64,000 bases of DNA from the human T2T-CHM13v2.0 reference genome, Homo sapiens. Shown here piece after piece: positions 1 to 16,009 of this stretch (positions within the stretch are counted from its first letter, which is position 1; every line of letters starts with the position of its first letter). The notes beneath the pieces were generated by a model, which worked only from the letters and a program-made list of their open reading frames with translations, was not told where the DNA came from and ran no database searches. The stretch lies in assembly GCF_009914755.1 (NCBI RefSeq), contig NC_060934.1; one strand, given 5' to 3'. The translations under genes and the position numbers were made by a program.

Positions 1-480
1 TATTATCAACCAAATGTGCAGTTCTCTAAACAAAGATGATGATTAATGCAAAAGCAACTACAGGCAATTGAGGTTGGTTTGCTGCCTGGGGCTTTATTCT
101 TTTAACTAGCACTGGAATAACTCTCGTCTCTGAAGGCCAATTACCTCCTCCAAACAATGGCAAAGCCAAATCCATTTAGTTTGGACATCCCCAAGTTATG
201 AATGGGTTGTGTTCTAGAACATGAATTTGTCATTTGAGAGTCAGGCCAAACTTTCCCACAGAGGAAAAAAATGATCCATAGAACAAGCAGTGTAATGGCT
301 CTGCAACAGGCACTTCTAACCTTTCATGTGGATTATTCCATTTATTCTTCACCACAAATTTTAAAAAGTTGGCATGATTATTATTGCTGTTTTTGTGAGG
401 GGGAAACTGGGATGCAGAGCGTAAATATCTTCCCTCAGATTATACAAGTAAGAAATGTCAGCACCAATGGACCCGTGCTC

Positions 481-779
481 TTGTTTGTTTGTGAGATGGG
501 GTCTCCTTATGTCAACCAGGCTGGAGTGCAGTGGCATGATCCTAGTTCACTGTAGCTTTGACCTCCTGGACTCAAGCAATCCTCCCACTTGTCTCCCAAG
601 TAGCTGAGACCACAGGCGCATGCCACCACACCCCGCTAATTTTTTTTTTTTTTTTTGTAGAAACTAGAGACAGAGTCTTGCTATGTTGCCCAGTCTGGTC
701 TCAAACTCCTGGCCTGAAGCAATCCTACCTTGACCTCCCAAAGTGCTGGGATTACAGGTATTAGCCACCACACCCAACC
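481..779 (-). mobile_element. Alu (AluJ-like)
   Basis: Antisense Alu dimer with central T-run. Confidence 0.9.
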
Positions 780-837
780 CATGCTCTTAACCAGTGTTTG
801 ATCCTGCCTTCTCTGGGGAGTAGGAAGTTTCTAAGTA

Positions 838-905
838 GGGCCATGCATAGGGTGAGGCAGGTGAAGCACTTGCCTTGGGTGCAGAATTGAAGCGGCTGCA
901 AAAAC
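838..905 (+). mobile_element. MER96-like hAT DNA transposon fragment
   Basis: gggccatgcatagggtgaggcaggtgaagcacttgccttgggtgcagaatt resembles the recalled MER96 terminus. Confidence 0.45.
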
Positions 906-3900
906 ACACAAATAAACACAAACCAATTTGGTAGGCCAGCCCCAGTCAGCCTTTTAAGTCTGCAGTGAAGCTTCCCTAACCTCCTCTCACACCACAGGGC
1001 TTGGTCAGCCTGGGCCATTCAACATACCCATCTTAAACTCATCAGTGGTCCTCAAACATGAGTTCCAGAATCACCTGCAGTTCTTGCCCCAACCCAAGAA
1101 ATTAGGATTTGGTCAGCCCAGGGTGGTTTTTGTACCACTCCCATCTGCAGCTGGCCTTCTGCCATTGACCCTCTGCCTGGCTGCTCAACTGAGATGGAGA
1201 GCCAAAACTGGACCAGGAATGAGCAGAGGGATGGTCAGCCTGAGAGCACAGCCACTTGGCCAGAAGAGCAGAGAGGGGGCGAGGAGGGATGAGAAATCAA
1301 GGACAGGCTTCTGGGGCAGCACAACCAGGCCAGCTCTGTCCATAGAGAAGGGTAGCACTATTAGTATAGAGAAATCTGGTGGAAAACCATTCAGAATTAG
1401 CTAATCTGGAATGGCCCTACAGACCATCTTCTTAAACAAATGCTACTTGCCATTACAATAAAACACACACTATAAAAACTAAGTGCAATGTTTAGATCAA
1501 ATTTCAAAATCTTTGTTTATCTATTTTTAAGTACTTCTTTGAATAATCAAAGGAATGGTATCTTTATCAACGTTTAACTCTTTCCCATTTTTCAGAGGCA
1601 AAAGTAGAAGCACGAAAGTTTAAAAGGCTAGCACATAAACCTAAAAAAATGGCTTGGTCTGGATCAGTAACAGTAGAGACAGAAAGAGCTAGGATATGTT
1701 TTAAGGGCAGAGCTAACCAGACTTGCTAATGGATTGATTGTGGGAAGTGAAAGAAAAGGAGAAGTGAAGGTAATTACTGCCAAAGCACATGGAATCTATC
1801 CTAAGCCACCAAAAGCTTCTGGAGGCATATGGTTTAGCATTGCATTTAGAGCATGACATTGAAACTTCCACGTCACTTCTCCAAAGATAGCTACACCCCA
1901 AAGAGAAAAGTGTTGGTTACTCACTATTATCAAGTATCCACTCGGCGCTAAAATACTGGTAAGGGGCATTGTTAAACATAGCGTACAAGGAATAGAAGGG
2001 ACAAATCTTTTTCTCTTGAAGATTATTAACTCATAGATGAAGCAGGCAAGAACAAAGATATTCAGCATATGAACAGGACTTTCTCACATGCTTGAGCATT
2101 GATGTCAACACATACTCTGATTAATCAAAGAGGCTGATGTGTTTATTGCAGTTTCTTCAGGAATTGTCATTCTAAATAACTGAGACTTGAGTGGACTTTG
2201 CAGGATGTTAGTATTCAGATAGGTGGAGAAGTAGAAGGGAAGCACACTTAATCAACTGGATTTCATGAAGCAGGACTTCTGTCAATTCTGTGCTAAATGT
2301 AGATGCAACGCATCAAATAAATATAAAGAAATCAATGAAATGAAGCCCCATCAGGATCCTCCAAGCAATTTCTGGGACTCGGGATTTGTGTTCCAGGGCC
2401 CTTAGTCTTGCAAGGATATATGGCGATTGGCTGCTAACTCTTATATTTAGCCAAAAACTTGAGTTTTCTGAATCCATAGGGCTTTTTAATGGCCTCTGTT
2501 AGTCTTTTTCTCTTCATCTTCTCTAAAAGAAATTAATAATATCTAGAGAAATACTATAAGATTTGGGGTTCTCATTTATAAATTTTCCTTTATGACAAAC
2601 TAGATGATGCATAGAATTTGTTTTTATACAAGGGTTCTTTCCCGCTGCATGATATTTTCCAGAACGGTATTTGATACATAAAGGTAACATACATAATATA
2701 CACTTAAAATATAAAACAAATGACATCAAACATTATGACGGCACTTCTAAGCCTAAAACTAGACTGTTGACAACAACTTATATTTATTTCTGCGCTTTTC
2801 CCCATCCTCTTGTCCTCCCTTTATCACTGAAGCAGCCACTGCCTGATGTTTTAAAAAATTATTTATGAAGCTATTTTTTTAAGTTTTTATTATCAGACAC
2901 ATGCTTCTGTCTATAAACAACATACAATTTAGTTTTATTTTTGAGCTTTATAAAATGGCATCGTATATGAACCTTCTGAGATGTATGTTTCTGAAATTCA
3001 ACCATGTACTATGTCATCCAGTCATTTTCTCTGCTGTATGATATTCCATCATGTGAATGTACCTTGATACATGCATTTACTCTTTATACCATGGGAAAAA
3101 AAGTATTGTAATCTCTAGTCACTCAAAAGTCCAACCCTGTGTTTTATAATTACAAGATTAGGAAATGATCACAGCTAAAAATATTAATGCATAAAGGGAA
3201 GTCAGTTTCACAAGCCCATCATTAGCCTTCATATTTATGTAAGGGCATGCCACTCTGAATGACAGGATCATCAGTCTATTTTATTCTTGAACTGAATTTA
3301 TGCAGCACCAAAAAGAACAGATGATCTGAATGATGGACTAAATTTTCACTTGTCAAACATGTGTTTTGAATCTTGTAATACAGACAGCAGGGAGGAAAAT
3401 ATAAGAAAGTTACCCTCTAGAGAAGCTACCTAAATAAATTTGCCATCAAAATAAACCAAATGTATAATTGAAAAAATATCTGATGTGTCACCTGCAAGCT
3501 TGATACATAAGCATAAACTCTAAGAATAGAGCAAGTAAAAAAAAACTTTGGTAATTATGGGATTGTTTCTAAATTAAAAGTCATTAAATAACTGATCATT
3601 CACTGATCTTGGAAATTTTTACTTATGCCAATGATAAAGCTAGAGAATAAAAATAATTATCAAATTTTGCAGATTTTATACTCTACATAATTTATACCCA
3701 TTTATTCCACTGAATCCACTTTAGCAAATGATCAGTTAACTTTTCTTTCTCTCCCTCATGGTTGAAATATGGTTGCAATTTTTATTTTTTACATTTCATT
3801 CACTGCAAGGAAAAATACGAATTTATCAACTATTCAATTGCCAAAGAACCCACAGGCCAATGTATGTGGAAGATTTCCTTGCTTCCTGAAAAATGGGTGT

Positions 3901-3984
3901 CGTATAAACTTTCAGGTCTGGAAGATCTATGCAGTTTATTCTTTTAACCAATGTGAAATAATGGTTAATAACTCAGTAGTTAAG

Positions 3985-4160
3985 AAACATGGAGAGAGAG
4001 AGTAGAATTATGGTTACCAGAAGTTGGGAAGGGCAGTTGGGCAGAGGGATGGGGGTGGGGTGGAGGGGTTGGAGGAGAAGTGGAAATGGTTAATGGATAC
4101 AAAAAAAAAATAGAAAGAATGAATAAGATCTAGTACTCGATAGCACAATGGGGTGACTAT
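3985..4160 (+). mobile_element. L1MA-type 3' UTR fragment
   Basis: agagtagaattatggttaccagaagttgggaaggg...gaataagatctagtactcgatagcacaa. Confidence 0.75.
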
Positions 4161-4338
4161 TTCCTTAATTATCTGGATCTTTGATGTATGAATTGGTTAT
4201 GAGAAAGAATAAACATTGATTGAAAAGCTCTCAATAAATTGCATGGTATTTATATCAGTCGTCATAAATTATAAATGTTGAAAAATGAATCTTGTTAGAA
4301 ACAGATTGTGAAATACATTTTGAGAGCCTGACATCCTG

Positions 4339-4340
<2 letters not shown>

Positions 4341-4375
<35 letters not shown>
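4341..4375. repeat. (CA)n microsatellite
   Basis: Direct observation. Confidence 0.95.
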
Positions 4376-4376
<1 letters not shown>

Positions 4377-6269
4377 CCCTGATTAATGAATTGCCTTTTA
4401 CCTTACTTTTGTTGCCTTAATTTTACAGATAAAGATCTATACAAATTAACTTCTCATATTGCTTCAAAATTACTTACTTCAGTCCCATCATAATTCATTC
4501 AAAAAAGGAAAGGAAAGTGAATTGGTATGGATTTCCTGTCCTGTGTCAGGCACCCTATGCAAAGCTTTGCACACATAGTATTTTATTAATGCAAGAGCCC
4601 ATTTATAGAGGATAAACTGTGGTTCAAAGATCTGCTTGCTGAAGGTCATCCAAGTGTTTAAATGCTAGGAAATAAAGTCTTTTCAATTCCAAAGCTCACA
4701 TTTGAAATAATTAAGTCCTAATCATTCTGCAATTTCAATTCACCAATCATAATTCAAAATAATTGGGTCACTGGCAGGCCTTGAAAATATTTCAAAATAA
4801 AGATCATCTAATATTCTTCAACTAAATAGGAAGACTAAAAAATATATAATTTGTAGGTGGTTTATTAAAAGCTATAACTAACAAATCAGAAAAGCTAAGA
4901 CTCAAAATGAAGTGAATATTTAAGTTAATATGACTTTTTAAATGGAGATATTGGGGGTGTGGGGAGAGACAATGTTGGTGGTAATAGTGGCTTTATTTTT
5001 GTTTTTTTTAATGTTTTTGCTTGTTTTGATAAAAGCTGTATTGCATCTACCTCACAGATAAAGATTTAATACTAGCAAAGCACAAGAACAAATGTGTTCA
5101 TTCAACTTCTATTTTACTTCCATCTGCTCTGTCTAAAAGTATTGTTGTCACACTGGGAAAGGTAAAACTAATATTGTTAAGTGGGAATTGAAGCCACAGA
5201 AAGGTAAGGAGCTTTTAAATGAGGACCTAGCTGCTCTAAATGAGTTTCAAGCTGGACAAAAAACAAGTACAGGGGATACAGTGAGAACTGATATTGGCAA
5301 TATTTGAAGAAACAGAGAAAAAGAAAGCATAATCCTCATTCTGATAAAATAGACGAAGAAAGTGCATTCTACAAAAACCATGTAGTTGAAATGTCCAAAG
5401 AGAAATAAAAGGCCTAATGCAATCTACCAACAGCACTAATGGCTGCCTGGGAGGTGACAAAAAGTCAAACCAGTTCCTTTTCCTCCGATTAACTTCACCT
5501 TCATGCTTCACAAAGGTAAAAAGGAAGAGGACTGTATGTTCACCTGCTGTTTGAAAAAACAGCAGGGATTTGGAGCAAAGATCCAAAAAATGGTCTGGGT
5601 GGAGCATCTGAGACTCTCTGGGAAGTAGCATTGTATGCAGTCAGGCTAAGCAAAAAGGAGGAGGAAGACATAGCCTATGCTCAGAACAGAATAAAGGAAG
5701 TGAGGGGTTCCAGTTCTGGCCCCCAAAGAAAAGATGGCTTCCTCCATCCCCTTCCCCCAAGTCCTAGGTACCAGGCTGCAGAGACTTAGCTGGAAGGCAA
5801 CTAACAGCAGTGACAGCACAGGTGGGACATCTCTGGGGGAAGATTAGTTGTCCAGTGGCACGTGGTTTCTCCTTGAAGCCTCAGCAGTTTCATGCTAGCC
5901 TCTACACACATTAGGAATGACCAGGGCTCCATCCCCATGATCTGAATGTGGAGCAAAATAACAACTACCTAATACTGAGGTCATCCCCATGACCTGAATG
6001 TGGAGCAAAATAAGTACTACCTACTATGTGCCAGGTACTGCGTCCAGTGCTCATAGTGATCCTGTTATACAAACTCCATTATTCTTTCATTTTACAAATA
6101 AGAAAACTGATCTTTAGAAAGCCAACCAACTTGGTCCACATAACACAACTAGTTAATGCCCGTGAGGATCTGAACCATAGTCTACCTGGCCCCAAAGTGG
6201 ATACTATCCCCTCTACATTTGAAGAAAGAGAGATTTGGATGCACCAGACATCTCTCCCCAACCTTTGAC

Positions 6270-6531
6270 CCATGCTTGGATAGGTTGGGTCATGAGGTGG
6301 GGGCCCTCATTATGGTATTAATTCCCTTATAAAAAGGAGAGGAGACCAGGCTCTCTCTCTGAGTGCACGCACTGAGAGATGCCATCTGAGGAAGAGGCCC
6401 TCGTGGGAACCTGATCACACTGCATCCTGATGTCAGATTTCCAGCCTCCAGGTCTGGGACAAAGAAACTTCTGTTGTTTAAGTCACCTAGTCTATGATAT
6501 TTTTGTCATGTAACTCAAACTGACTAAGACA
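6270..6531 (+). mobile_element. MaLR LTR (MLT1A-like), partial
   Basis: cagcctccagg...ttctgttgtttaag...actgactaagaca 3' end. Confidence 0.75.
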
Positions 6532-7386
6532 GTGACCTAACTAAAAATCAATAGAATCCTGGGTAATGAAATTTTCATGTGGCTAGGAACCCAGAGGCAA
6601 GTGCTTTGGATCAGTGAATCACAATTCCGAGAATTCTTGTCACAGGAAATTTAAACCTAATTCTTGGAAAGTCCCAGCCTTTGGCCTAAAGAATTAAATG
6701 TATAAGTAAAATAGTGGTATGTGAAAAAGAATTAATAGCTTTTGATGAACTTTTAGGCAATTTAAGACAGTTCAGAGATGTAGCCACAAACAAATTAGTA
6801 AATTCTTAAGCCCTAATAGTAGAAATGATAATATCTAAAAAAAGAAAATGACATTTCCAATTCTTTCTTCAGCATATAGCTGAAGTACTGTGTGTCATCC
6901 TCAGTGCCAAAGGTTAGGAGTAATACTCCCAAATGGAAGTATGTCCATAGTGCACTTCATTCATCCATTCAAGAAACATTTATTGAGTACCTCCTATGTT
7001 TTGATCAGTATTAGGATAAATTGGAATGAATTCCTACTAAGAGTGCAGTGAATAGGAAAGAAATAGTCACTTGCTAACTTACTGTAATACTGTTTTTAAA
7101 ATGAGTAGTTATCTTTTAGAAATGCATACTGAACCTTTTAATAAGATGATATGATGTCTGAAATTTGCCTCAAAATAATCTGAGGAAATGGAGGGAGTGG
7201 TGAGGGGATAGCCAAAGCAATGTTGGTCATGAGTTGATAAGTTGAATATGTGGCAGGGTTACATGAGGATTCTTTATACTATTTGGCCTTTTTTGTATAT
7301 TGTTTGTAATTTTTTATTAAAAAAATGCTTACTACTCTAATAGAGTATATAGTATAAAGGGGGAAAAATAAACAAAGGCATAGTCG

Positions 7387-7700
7387 GGCCGGCTGCGGTG
7401 GCTCACGCCTGTAATCCCAAGACTTTGGGAGGCCAAGGCGGGTGGATCATGGAGTCAGGAGATTGAGACCATCCTGGCCAATATGGTGAAACCCCATCTC
7501 TACTAAAAATACAAAAATTAGCCAGGCGTGGTGGTGTGTGCCTGTAATCCCAGCTACTCAGGAGTCTGAGGCAGGAGAATCACTTGAACCTAGGAGGCGG
7601 AGTTTGCAGTGAGCAGAGATAGTGCCACTGCACTCCAGCCTGGGCAACAGAGCGAGATTCCTTCTCAAAAACAAAACAAAACAAACAAACAAACAAAAAC
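7387..7700 (+). mobile_element. Alu (AluS)
   Basis: Full dimer with (CAAA)n tail; TSD-like catagtc on both sides. Confidence 0.93.
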
Positions 7701-7818
7701 ATAGTCCCAACAATGGAGAGCATTAAGAAGTAAAAAATACAGGTTGCTCTGAAATTCATAACAGGGAGACCCAACTGTATTGAGGGACAGTCAGAAAACA
7801 CTTCCCTGAAAAGGTGGC

Positions 7819-8242
7819 TGTATTAGGCCATTCTTACATTGCTATAAAGAAATACTCAAGACTGGGGGATTTATAAAGAAAAGAGGTTTAATTGGCTCAC
7901 AGTTCTGCAGGTTGTACAGGAATCGTGATGCTGGCATCTGCTTGGCTTCTGGGCAGGCCTCAGGAAACTTACAATCATGGCAGAAGGTGAAAGGGGAGCT
8001 AGCAAGTCACATGGGGAAACCAGGAGCAAGAGAGTGAGGGGGGAGGTGCTACACACTTAAATGACCAGATCTCACAAGAATTCACTCACTATCACAACAA
8101 CAGTGCCAAGGGGACAGTACTAAACAACTCCTGAGAAAATCTGCCCCATCATCCAATCACCTCCCACCAGTCACCACTTCCAACACTGGGGATTCTAATT
8201 CAACATGAGATTTGGGTGGGGACACAGATCCAAACCACATCA
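7819..8242 (-). mobile_element. MaLR LTR (MSTA/MSTB-like) inserted in L2
   Basis: tgtattaggccattc...ccaaaccacatca termini; 5-bp TSD gtggc/gtgtc. Confidence 0.85.
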
Positions 8243-8845
8243 GTGTCATACAGCTGGGGCCTGAGTAAAAGTAACATTGGCCAAATGAATGCAGAGGGAA
8301 TTGGAAAGAAAAGACTGTTTCAGTCAGGGGGGGACACATGTCTGAAGGCCCAAAAGCAAAGGAGAGAACACCCTGTTCAAGGAACTGAAAGAAGTCTGTC
8401 ATGATTGAGACCAGGAAAGAAATGAGAATAGAGATAAAATACAAGGCTGAGAAGTCAACAGAGAGCCATATAGCTATGGGATAGGGTTTACATTTTGTTC
8501 TAGAACAACTGGATGCCATTAATTTATTTTCCACCACAGAGTGACAGAATCAAATTCGTAGCTTTAAAGTATCGCTCTCTGGCTTCAGGGTGGAGAATTG
8601 ACCAGAATGTGGCATCGAGAGATAGGGAATGATGATGCAGGGACTATTGTGTTAGCCTAGACCAGAGACGATGGCAGCTTGGACTACAGTGGTAGCCATG
8701 GTAGCCCTGAGTAAGGAGAGTAGCTGGTAGATTCAAGAGATACTGAAGATATAGAGACAACAAAACCAAGTAAAAGACTGCATGGGGATAGGGGTGAAGG
8801 AAAGAGGAGGGGCAAGGATAAACCTCATATTTCAAGTGCCTGGGT

Positions 8846-9200
8846 TGCTATGGTCTGAAGGTTTGTGTTCCTCCAAAACTCATATGTTGAAATTCTGACC
8901 TCCAAGGTAATGGTATTAGGAAGTGAAGGTGATTAGGTCATGAGGGTGGAACTCTCTTATATGGCATTAGTGTTCTTATAAAAGAGGCCGCCTGAGGGAG
9001 CTGGTTTGCCCTTTTGCTGTGAGGACCAGCAAGAAGATGCCATTTATGAACCAGCAAGTGGGTCCTCACCAGACACCAAACCTGCCACTTCCTTGATGTT
9101 GGACTTCTCAGCCTCCAGAACTGTTAGAACTGAATTTCTTTTGTTTATAAGCCACCTAGTCTATAGTATTTTGTTACAGCAGACCTGACAGACTAAGACA
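8846..9200 (+). mobile_element. MaLR LTR (MLT1A/MSTD-like)
   Basis: tgctatggtctgaagg...gactaagaca termini. Confidence 0.8.
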
Positions 9201-9974
9201 TGCATGCATGGCTGCTATCATTTATTGAGCCCCCAAACACTGACCAAAATACAGGCTTAGAAGGGAAGAGAATGGAGAGTTTGAAGCCATAGGAATAGAT
9301 GAGAAGGTCCAGGAAAGGAGTGTAGAGTGAACACAGAAAGCGGCCTGTGGCAGGAAGCAGAGTGGTGAGGAATCTTACATTAATAGCTTATAAGAAGGAA
9401 ACACAAAGTGACATCAGAGCAAAATTCTCATAGGTATAGGGCCTTAATTTAAAAGAAAGATTAGACTGTCCATACGTGTCCTGAAGGCCAATTGAGGACA
9501 ACAGTTTAAAGTCTGGGAAGTGTATTTAGATTTACCATAAGGAAGAATTTTCTAAAAGCTCAAGTTCCCCAAACTGGAATGAGTTGTTTAAGCACAATCA
9601 TAATCACTTTCTATGTTACTTCATTTAATTTTCGAATCCTGTCAGGTAGGTGTTCCTGTCCTCATTCTGCAAATGAGAAAATTGAGTGGCACGGAGAATA
9701 TGTAATTCATTCAAGAACACACAGCTAATAAGTCTTAACATTGGAATTTGAAATTAAGCCCTCAGTCCTATAGTCTTTCCATCCACTACTCTGAAAAGAA
9801 AGCTAAACTAAATTTCATAATTCTGAGGGTCTGCAATCTAAAATGTGGTGAAAAATGTGACTCCCTTTAGAAGGGCTGCTATATACAATCATTCACTGCC
9901 AATCTTTCAACTCTAAGTAAAGTACAGATGAAGCACTTGAAAAAGCAGGTTTTTATTCACATACATATGTATTT

Positions 9975-10262
9975 TGTTATTTTACTTTAAGCCCTGGGAT
10001 ACATGGGCAGAACGTGCAGGTTTGTTACATAGGTATACATGTGCCATAGTGGTTTGCTGCACCGATCAACCTGTCATCCAAGTTTTAAGCCCCACATGCA
10101 TTAGGTATCGTCCTAATGCTCTCCCTCCCCTTGCCCCACACCCCCCAACAGACCCCAGTGTGTGATGTTCCCCTCCCTGTGTCCATGTGTTCTCATTGTT
10201 CAACTTCCACTTATGAGTGACAATATGCAGTGTTTGGTTTTCTGTTCCTGTCTTAGTTTCAC
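9975..10262 (-). mobile_element. L1PA 3' end fragment
   Basis: gaacgtgcaggtttgttacataggtatacatgtgcc...tgtgttctcattgttcaac. Confidence 0.9.
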
Positions 10263-10284
10263 ATAAATATTTCTTTCTGCTGTG

Positions 10285-10318
<34 letters not shown>

Positions 10319-12289
10319 GCTTTTGCTAAAACTACTTTGGATATTGAGGATAAAGATTCGACACTTTCAGTACGCAAATCTCTGACATTCTATATGAGAA
10401 TGTAACTGAAAGTATGCTACAAAGTCATTTGATGTAAAATTAAAGGAAAAATTTAGTAACAACAAATCGGATGTATATAAAATTAACAGGAAAACATTAC
10501 TGTCAGGCTACCAGGCTTTTGGGGTTGCTCCTCCAGCAAGGAGCTTAAAGTTCCATGTGGCATTTGTAGGGGTGGGTGCACGACTTTGATAATGTATGAG
10601 ATGAATTCCATGGTGTTTCTGCTTAATGCTGGAGAACTGCCAACCTGATTTCAAGGGAGCATTGGCACATGGAGTCTGACTCATGCTGAGAGCTGAAAAT
10701 TATAACCTTTCAGTAGCACATTAGTCTTCATTTCCCAATTTATGTAGCATTTTGAGACTGCAAGGCATTTTTATGGCATACATATGTTACTATAGTTACA
10801 TAAAAGTCACATTTCATTGTAAAGCAAAGATGGATGATAGATAGCTGTCATTCTCCATTCCCCCAGAGAAAGTAGAACGTGGAGTATGGGCTTACCAATA
10901 TAATTTGAGATAGCAATTGAAGTGAGATAAAGAGTAGTTTAGTGTGCATCAGAATACTAAATGGGAATCAAGAGGCAGAGATGTATTCCTAAAATTCATG
11001 ATGTAACCTTGAACATGTTAATTTTTTACTATTCTTATTCCTTTCTGATAAAACGAGAATGATATTCACATCTTATCTATCTCATGGGGATGTTCCAGTG
11101 CTGTGGATGAGACCAGAGACAAGGGAAACAGCAGACGATGAAGGTTTCTGCCCCTTTCCATCTGTCAAATCGCTCATCATGATAATAAATTTCTCTTCCA
11201 TGTTTCTATGGTTCTGAGCTCATGCCTTGTATTATAGTGTTTTCTCAATGATTGTATGTGTTGCTTTTATAATGATTCTTATTAATGAGCTTTGTGTTTT
11301 AATTTGGAAGGAAAAAACAAGTCCTAGCCGTGATCAGTTTATAAACAGGGGTTATAGGGAAAAATAAATCCTGCAGGTAGCTGATGCACAAATTCATTGA
11401 ACTCCCTGATACCATTGGGTAAGACTATGCCCAAATTGTTCCAAGCTAGTGAGTCTGTGAACAACACAGTTGGTGCCCCCCCAACCCCTCAGTTCTTACC
11501 ACTTCCTTGCTTATACACTGTCTTCTCACGCACGCACTCCCCAGTCCTTAGGGGACCAAAGACAGTTAGTGCTTTTATCTCTAGACCTCCATGTTCTCCT
11601 TAAAGACCTTTATAAGGAGGTAGGGAGCAGCTATGGAACTGAAAAAAATCATTCCTTTAGGTGGAAATAATCTAAAAGTGAATGCATACAGAAAAGCAAG
11701 GTTATGATCATAATAGGTAATATTTATTCAGCATATCTGTAAACCAGATCCTCTGTAAAGTGCTTTAGATACATCATTTTATTTTATTCTCATGGCAACT
11801 TTATGAAATAGGATTGTTATCTCCATTTTACTGATGAGACAACAGAACCATGAAGGGGTCATACAGTTTGGAAGAGTCAGGGTTTGGGCATGACTGCGTT
11901 GTGATTCCATGCGTGCATTTTCCCCATGCTACATAGACTCCCTGCAATAAAATAAAGCAGCTTTTGTACATCTAGTAGCCTCGGCTTCTAGTTTGTAGCA
12001 TATACCAACTGGTGCAAGCCCCAAAATCAGAACCATTACAAAGCCTGAGAAAGAACTAAAATTGTGACAGCAGCAGGAAAATATCTTAATAAATGCAGCT
12101 CGTAATTACCAGACCTCCAGACATCACCTGTGCTGCACCGCTGGCTGTAAAGCAAACAATCCAAGTTTACCCAACATGAGTAAATTGCTGAAAGTGCAAA
12201 AAACACAGGGAAATCACAACAGTGTTCGACACAAAGTCTTCCTTTTGGCTGCAAATATGCATACCTCAAGAAAATAGATAGGGATAAAA

Positions 12290-13620
<1,331 letters not shown>

Positions 13621-14496
13621 GTGAAATTGGAATATAGGAATGTTTATGTTTGCTCATATAGATTAAATTATAGTTTTACCTTTACAAAATGATGTATAGG
13701 TAACTTATTTACATTTTTGGTGCCAAGGTTTATCTTTTTTTTTTTTTGGTAAATAGAGCAAGGAGATACAGCAGTAAATTAAAGCATATTTGGATCTTCC
13801 ACAAGAACTTTTAGTTTTTCATGTCTTACATGTCAACAGGGTATAGGGGAAAGAGTCCAGTCCTAGTAATCAGGAGCCCTAGGTTCTGATTCTGTTTTTG
13901 CCTCTTTCTAGCCTAGGCCAGGTTTGACCTTTAGTAATAATACAACACAAACATCATTTCCTTTAGAACATCGGTATTTGAAATGTCCATCCTTACTGAA
14001 CATTCTTACAGTATCTTAATTTAACTTATAGAAGGCAAGGACAGCTTTTTCTTACATTTCTCCTCCTGAATTCATGTGCCATGATTGAACTTTCTCTTTG
14101 TTTATAAATATATGGAGGACCTTAATCTAAATTCATAGAACTTTAGATATCTGTTCAAGTAGCAAAATATTCCCAAACCAGTACCTCTCAGATCTCCTAG
14201 GAAACCTCAGTTCTTATCTGTACTGCTGATGTTTTGGTAGAACAAACTTTTCCCAATAACTCACTCCCTCTTCAGCCAAATTAAAACTTAGATTTATTCC
14301 AAATGACTGTGATGTGTCATTAGAGGAATATTTACTAGCTATGTGCATTTGACCTAACTCTACCTTTCAACAAGATCATACAATGATTGACTTAGCCAAG
14401 GAAATGCATGCCAGCATGGTCTCAGAATTTCTCTTTTTCTTTGGTTTCTATCTTGACCAAAAAGTTATGAGCTTTAGAAATGTCAGACTTTGTCTT

Positions 14497-14676
14497 TGTC
14501 TTGCAACTAATGTAGCTGAGTTCACATTCTAATACATAACTGACTGATACAATTTTTTTGTCTCTTGGACAGTGAGGTAATATGATGGAATGTTGGGGGT
14601 ACATATTCTAGTGTGGAGACCCCATCCTCCATATGTTTAGTTTATTACTTTAAATCAGGCAAGCCCTAAGGAGCTT
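14497..14676. repeat. 180-bp inverted repeat, left arm (partner 16308-16487)
   Basis: Manual alignment of the reverse complement: ungapped, 4 mismatches. Confidence 0.95.
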
Positions 14677-14916
14677 TGGAAGATGGGATGGTCATCCCTA
14701 GCAGACACAGGTAATAGAAAGAGGATCAAGTAGGAATCTCTTTAGATTATTGTTCCAAGAGAAGGTTTTGACAAAAATAGTTTATAGCAAATATTCTGTA
14801 AGATAAGAAAAGCTTTGGATTTGGCCAAATACCATTTGAAACTTATAAAATAGGAAGTCATTGGTACAAGGTGATCTTTAAAAGAAATTCTACAGGTCAA
14901 ACAGAATGAAGTTAAG

Positions 14917-15105
14917 TGTTACAGACTGAGTGTTTCTGTCCCCCAAACTTCATATGCTGAAGCCCTAACCCTCAATGTGATGGTATTTGGGGGTGGAGCC
15001 TTTGGAATGTAAGTAGATTTGGATAAAGTCATGACAGTGGGGCACCCATGATGGGTTTAGTGTCCTTATAAGACGAGAAAGAGACCCCAGCTTGCTCAAG
15101 AGCTC

Positions 15106-15139
<34 letters not shown>

Positions 15140-15313
15140 CCTGCCATCTGAGGACACAGCAAGAAGGCAGCCATCTGCAGGCCAGGAAGAGAGCTTGCCC
15201 ATGCTGGCACCCTGATCTGGGACTTTTCCTGTCACTGGAACTGAAAAATAAATACATGTTGCATAAGCCACCCAGCCTGTGTGTTTGGTTGTGGGAGCCC
15301 AAGCTGACTAAGA
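14917..15313 (+). mobile_element. MaLR LTR (MLT1A0-like) with internal (CT)n, inside the inverted-repeat spacer
   Basis: tgttacagactgagtgtttctgtccccc...ctgactaaga. Confidence 0.8.
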
Positions 15314-16009
15314 GCAAGACTATGCTGGACCATATAAATGGGCAAGATTTTAGAGCTATCTTCATAAAGGGAATTGGACTACTGAGTCACCTCTTAGGGT
15401 TTAAAGTCACATTAGCTCAAAATTTGAAGCAGCCTGTACAAAGAAAAAGAACTCACTTCAGAGACTAATGGGTCCTTGTCAGACAATAAGTAGAAATATT
15501 TATCACCATATGAAGTTATTTACCTCTAAAAATAAATGAGTAAATAAATACACAGGTGTTTCCATGATACTGAATCCACTACGTAAGTCAAGGACCCTTT
15601 GGGATGAATATTTCCTTGGCACAGCCTTCCTTAGGTTCTCAATGCTTTATGAGGCGAAGAGCAGAGGTAGGCAGTGCTATGGGGAAGGTGCCTATGCAAA
15701 TAGACATTTCTAGTGATTCTTGCCTAATCCTCCTCTCATCACTGCAGCCACCACTCCCCCACTACCACATCAGAATAACAGCTCAGAAACATTTAAAAAC
15801 AGGTGAGGAATCAAGTGGAAAAGGAAAAGAAAAGTTTCCTGGCATCATGTCTTTTTCTGGGGCCTCCACAGTTGGAAGTGGTGCGGCACCACCCCGCTCC
15901 CTCATCCCATGTCAGCACTATCCCTCTTGCCTCAGGACCAGATTCAAAGCACTCTGTGGAGTCAGTTTCCCTTTTGGGTTTTGTTATTGTGGTTGTTGTT
16001 GTTTTGTAT

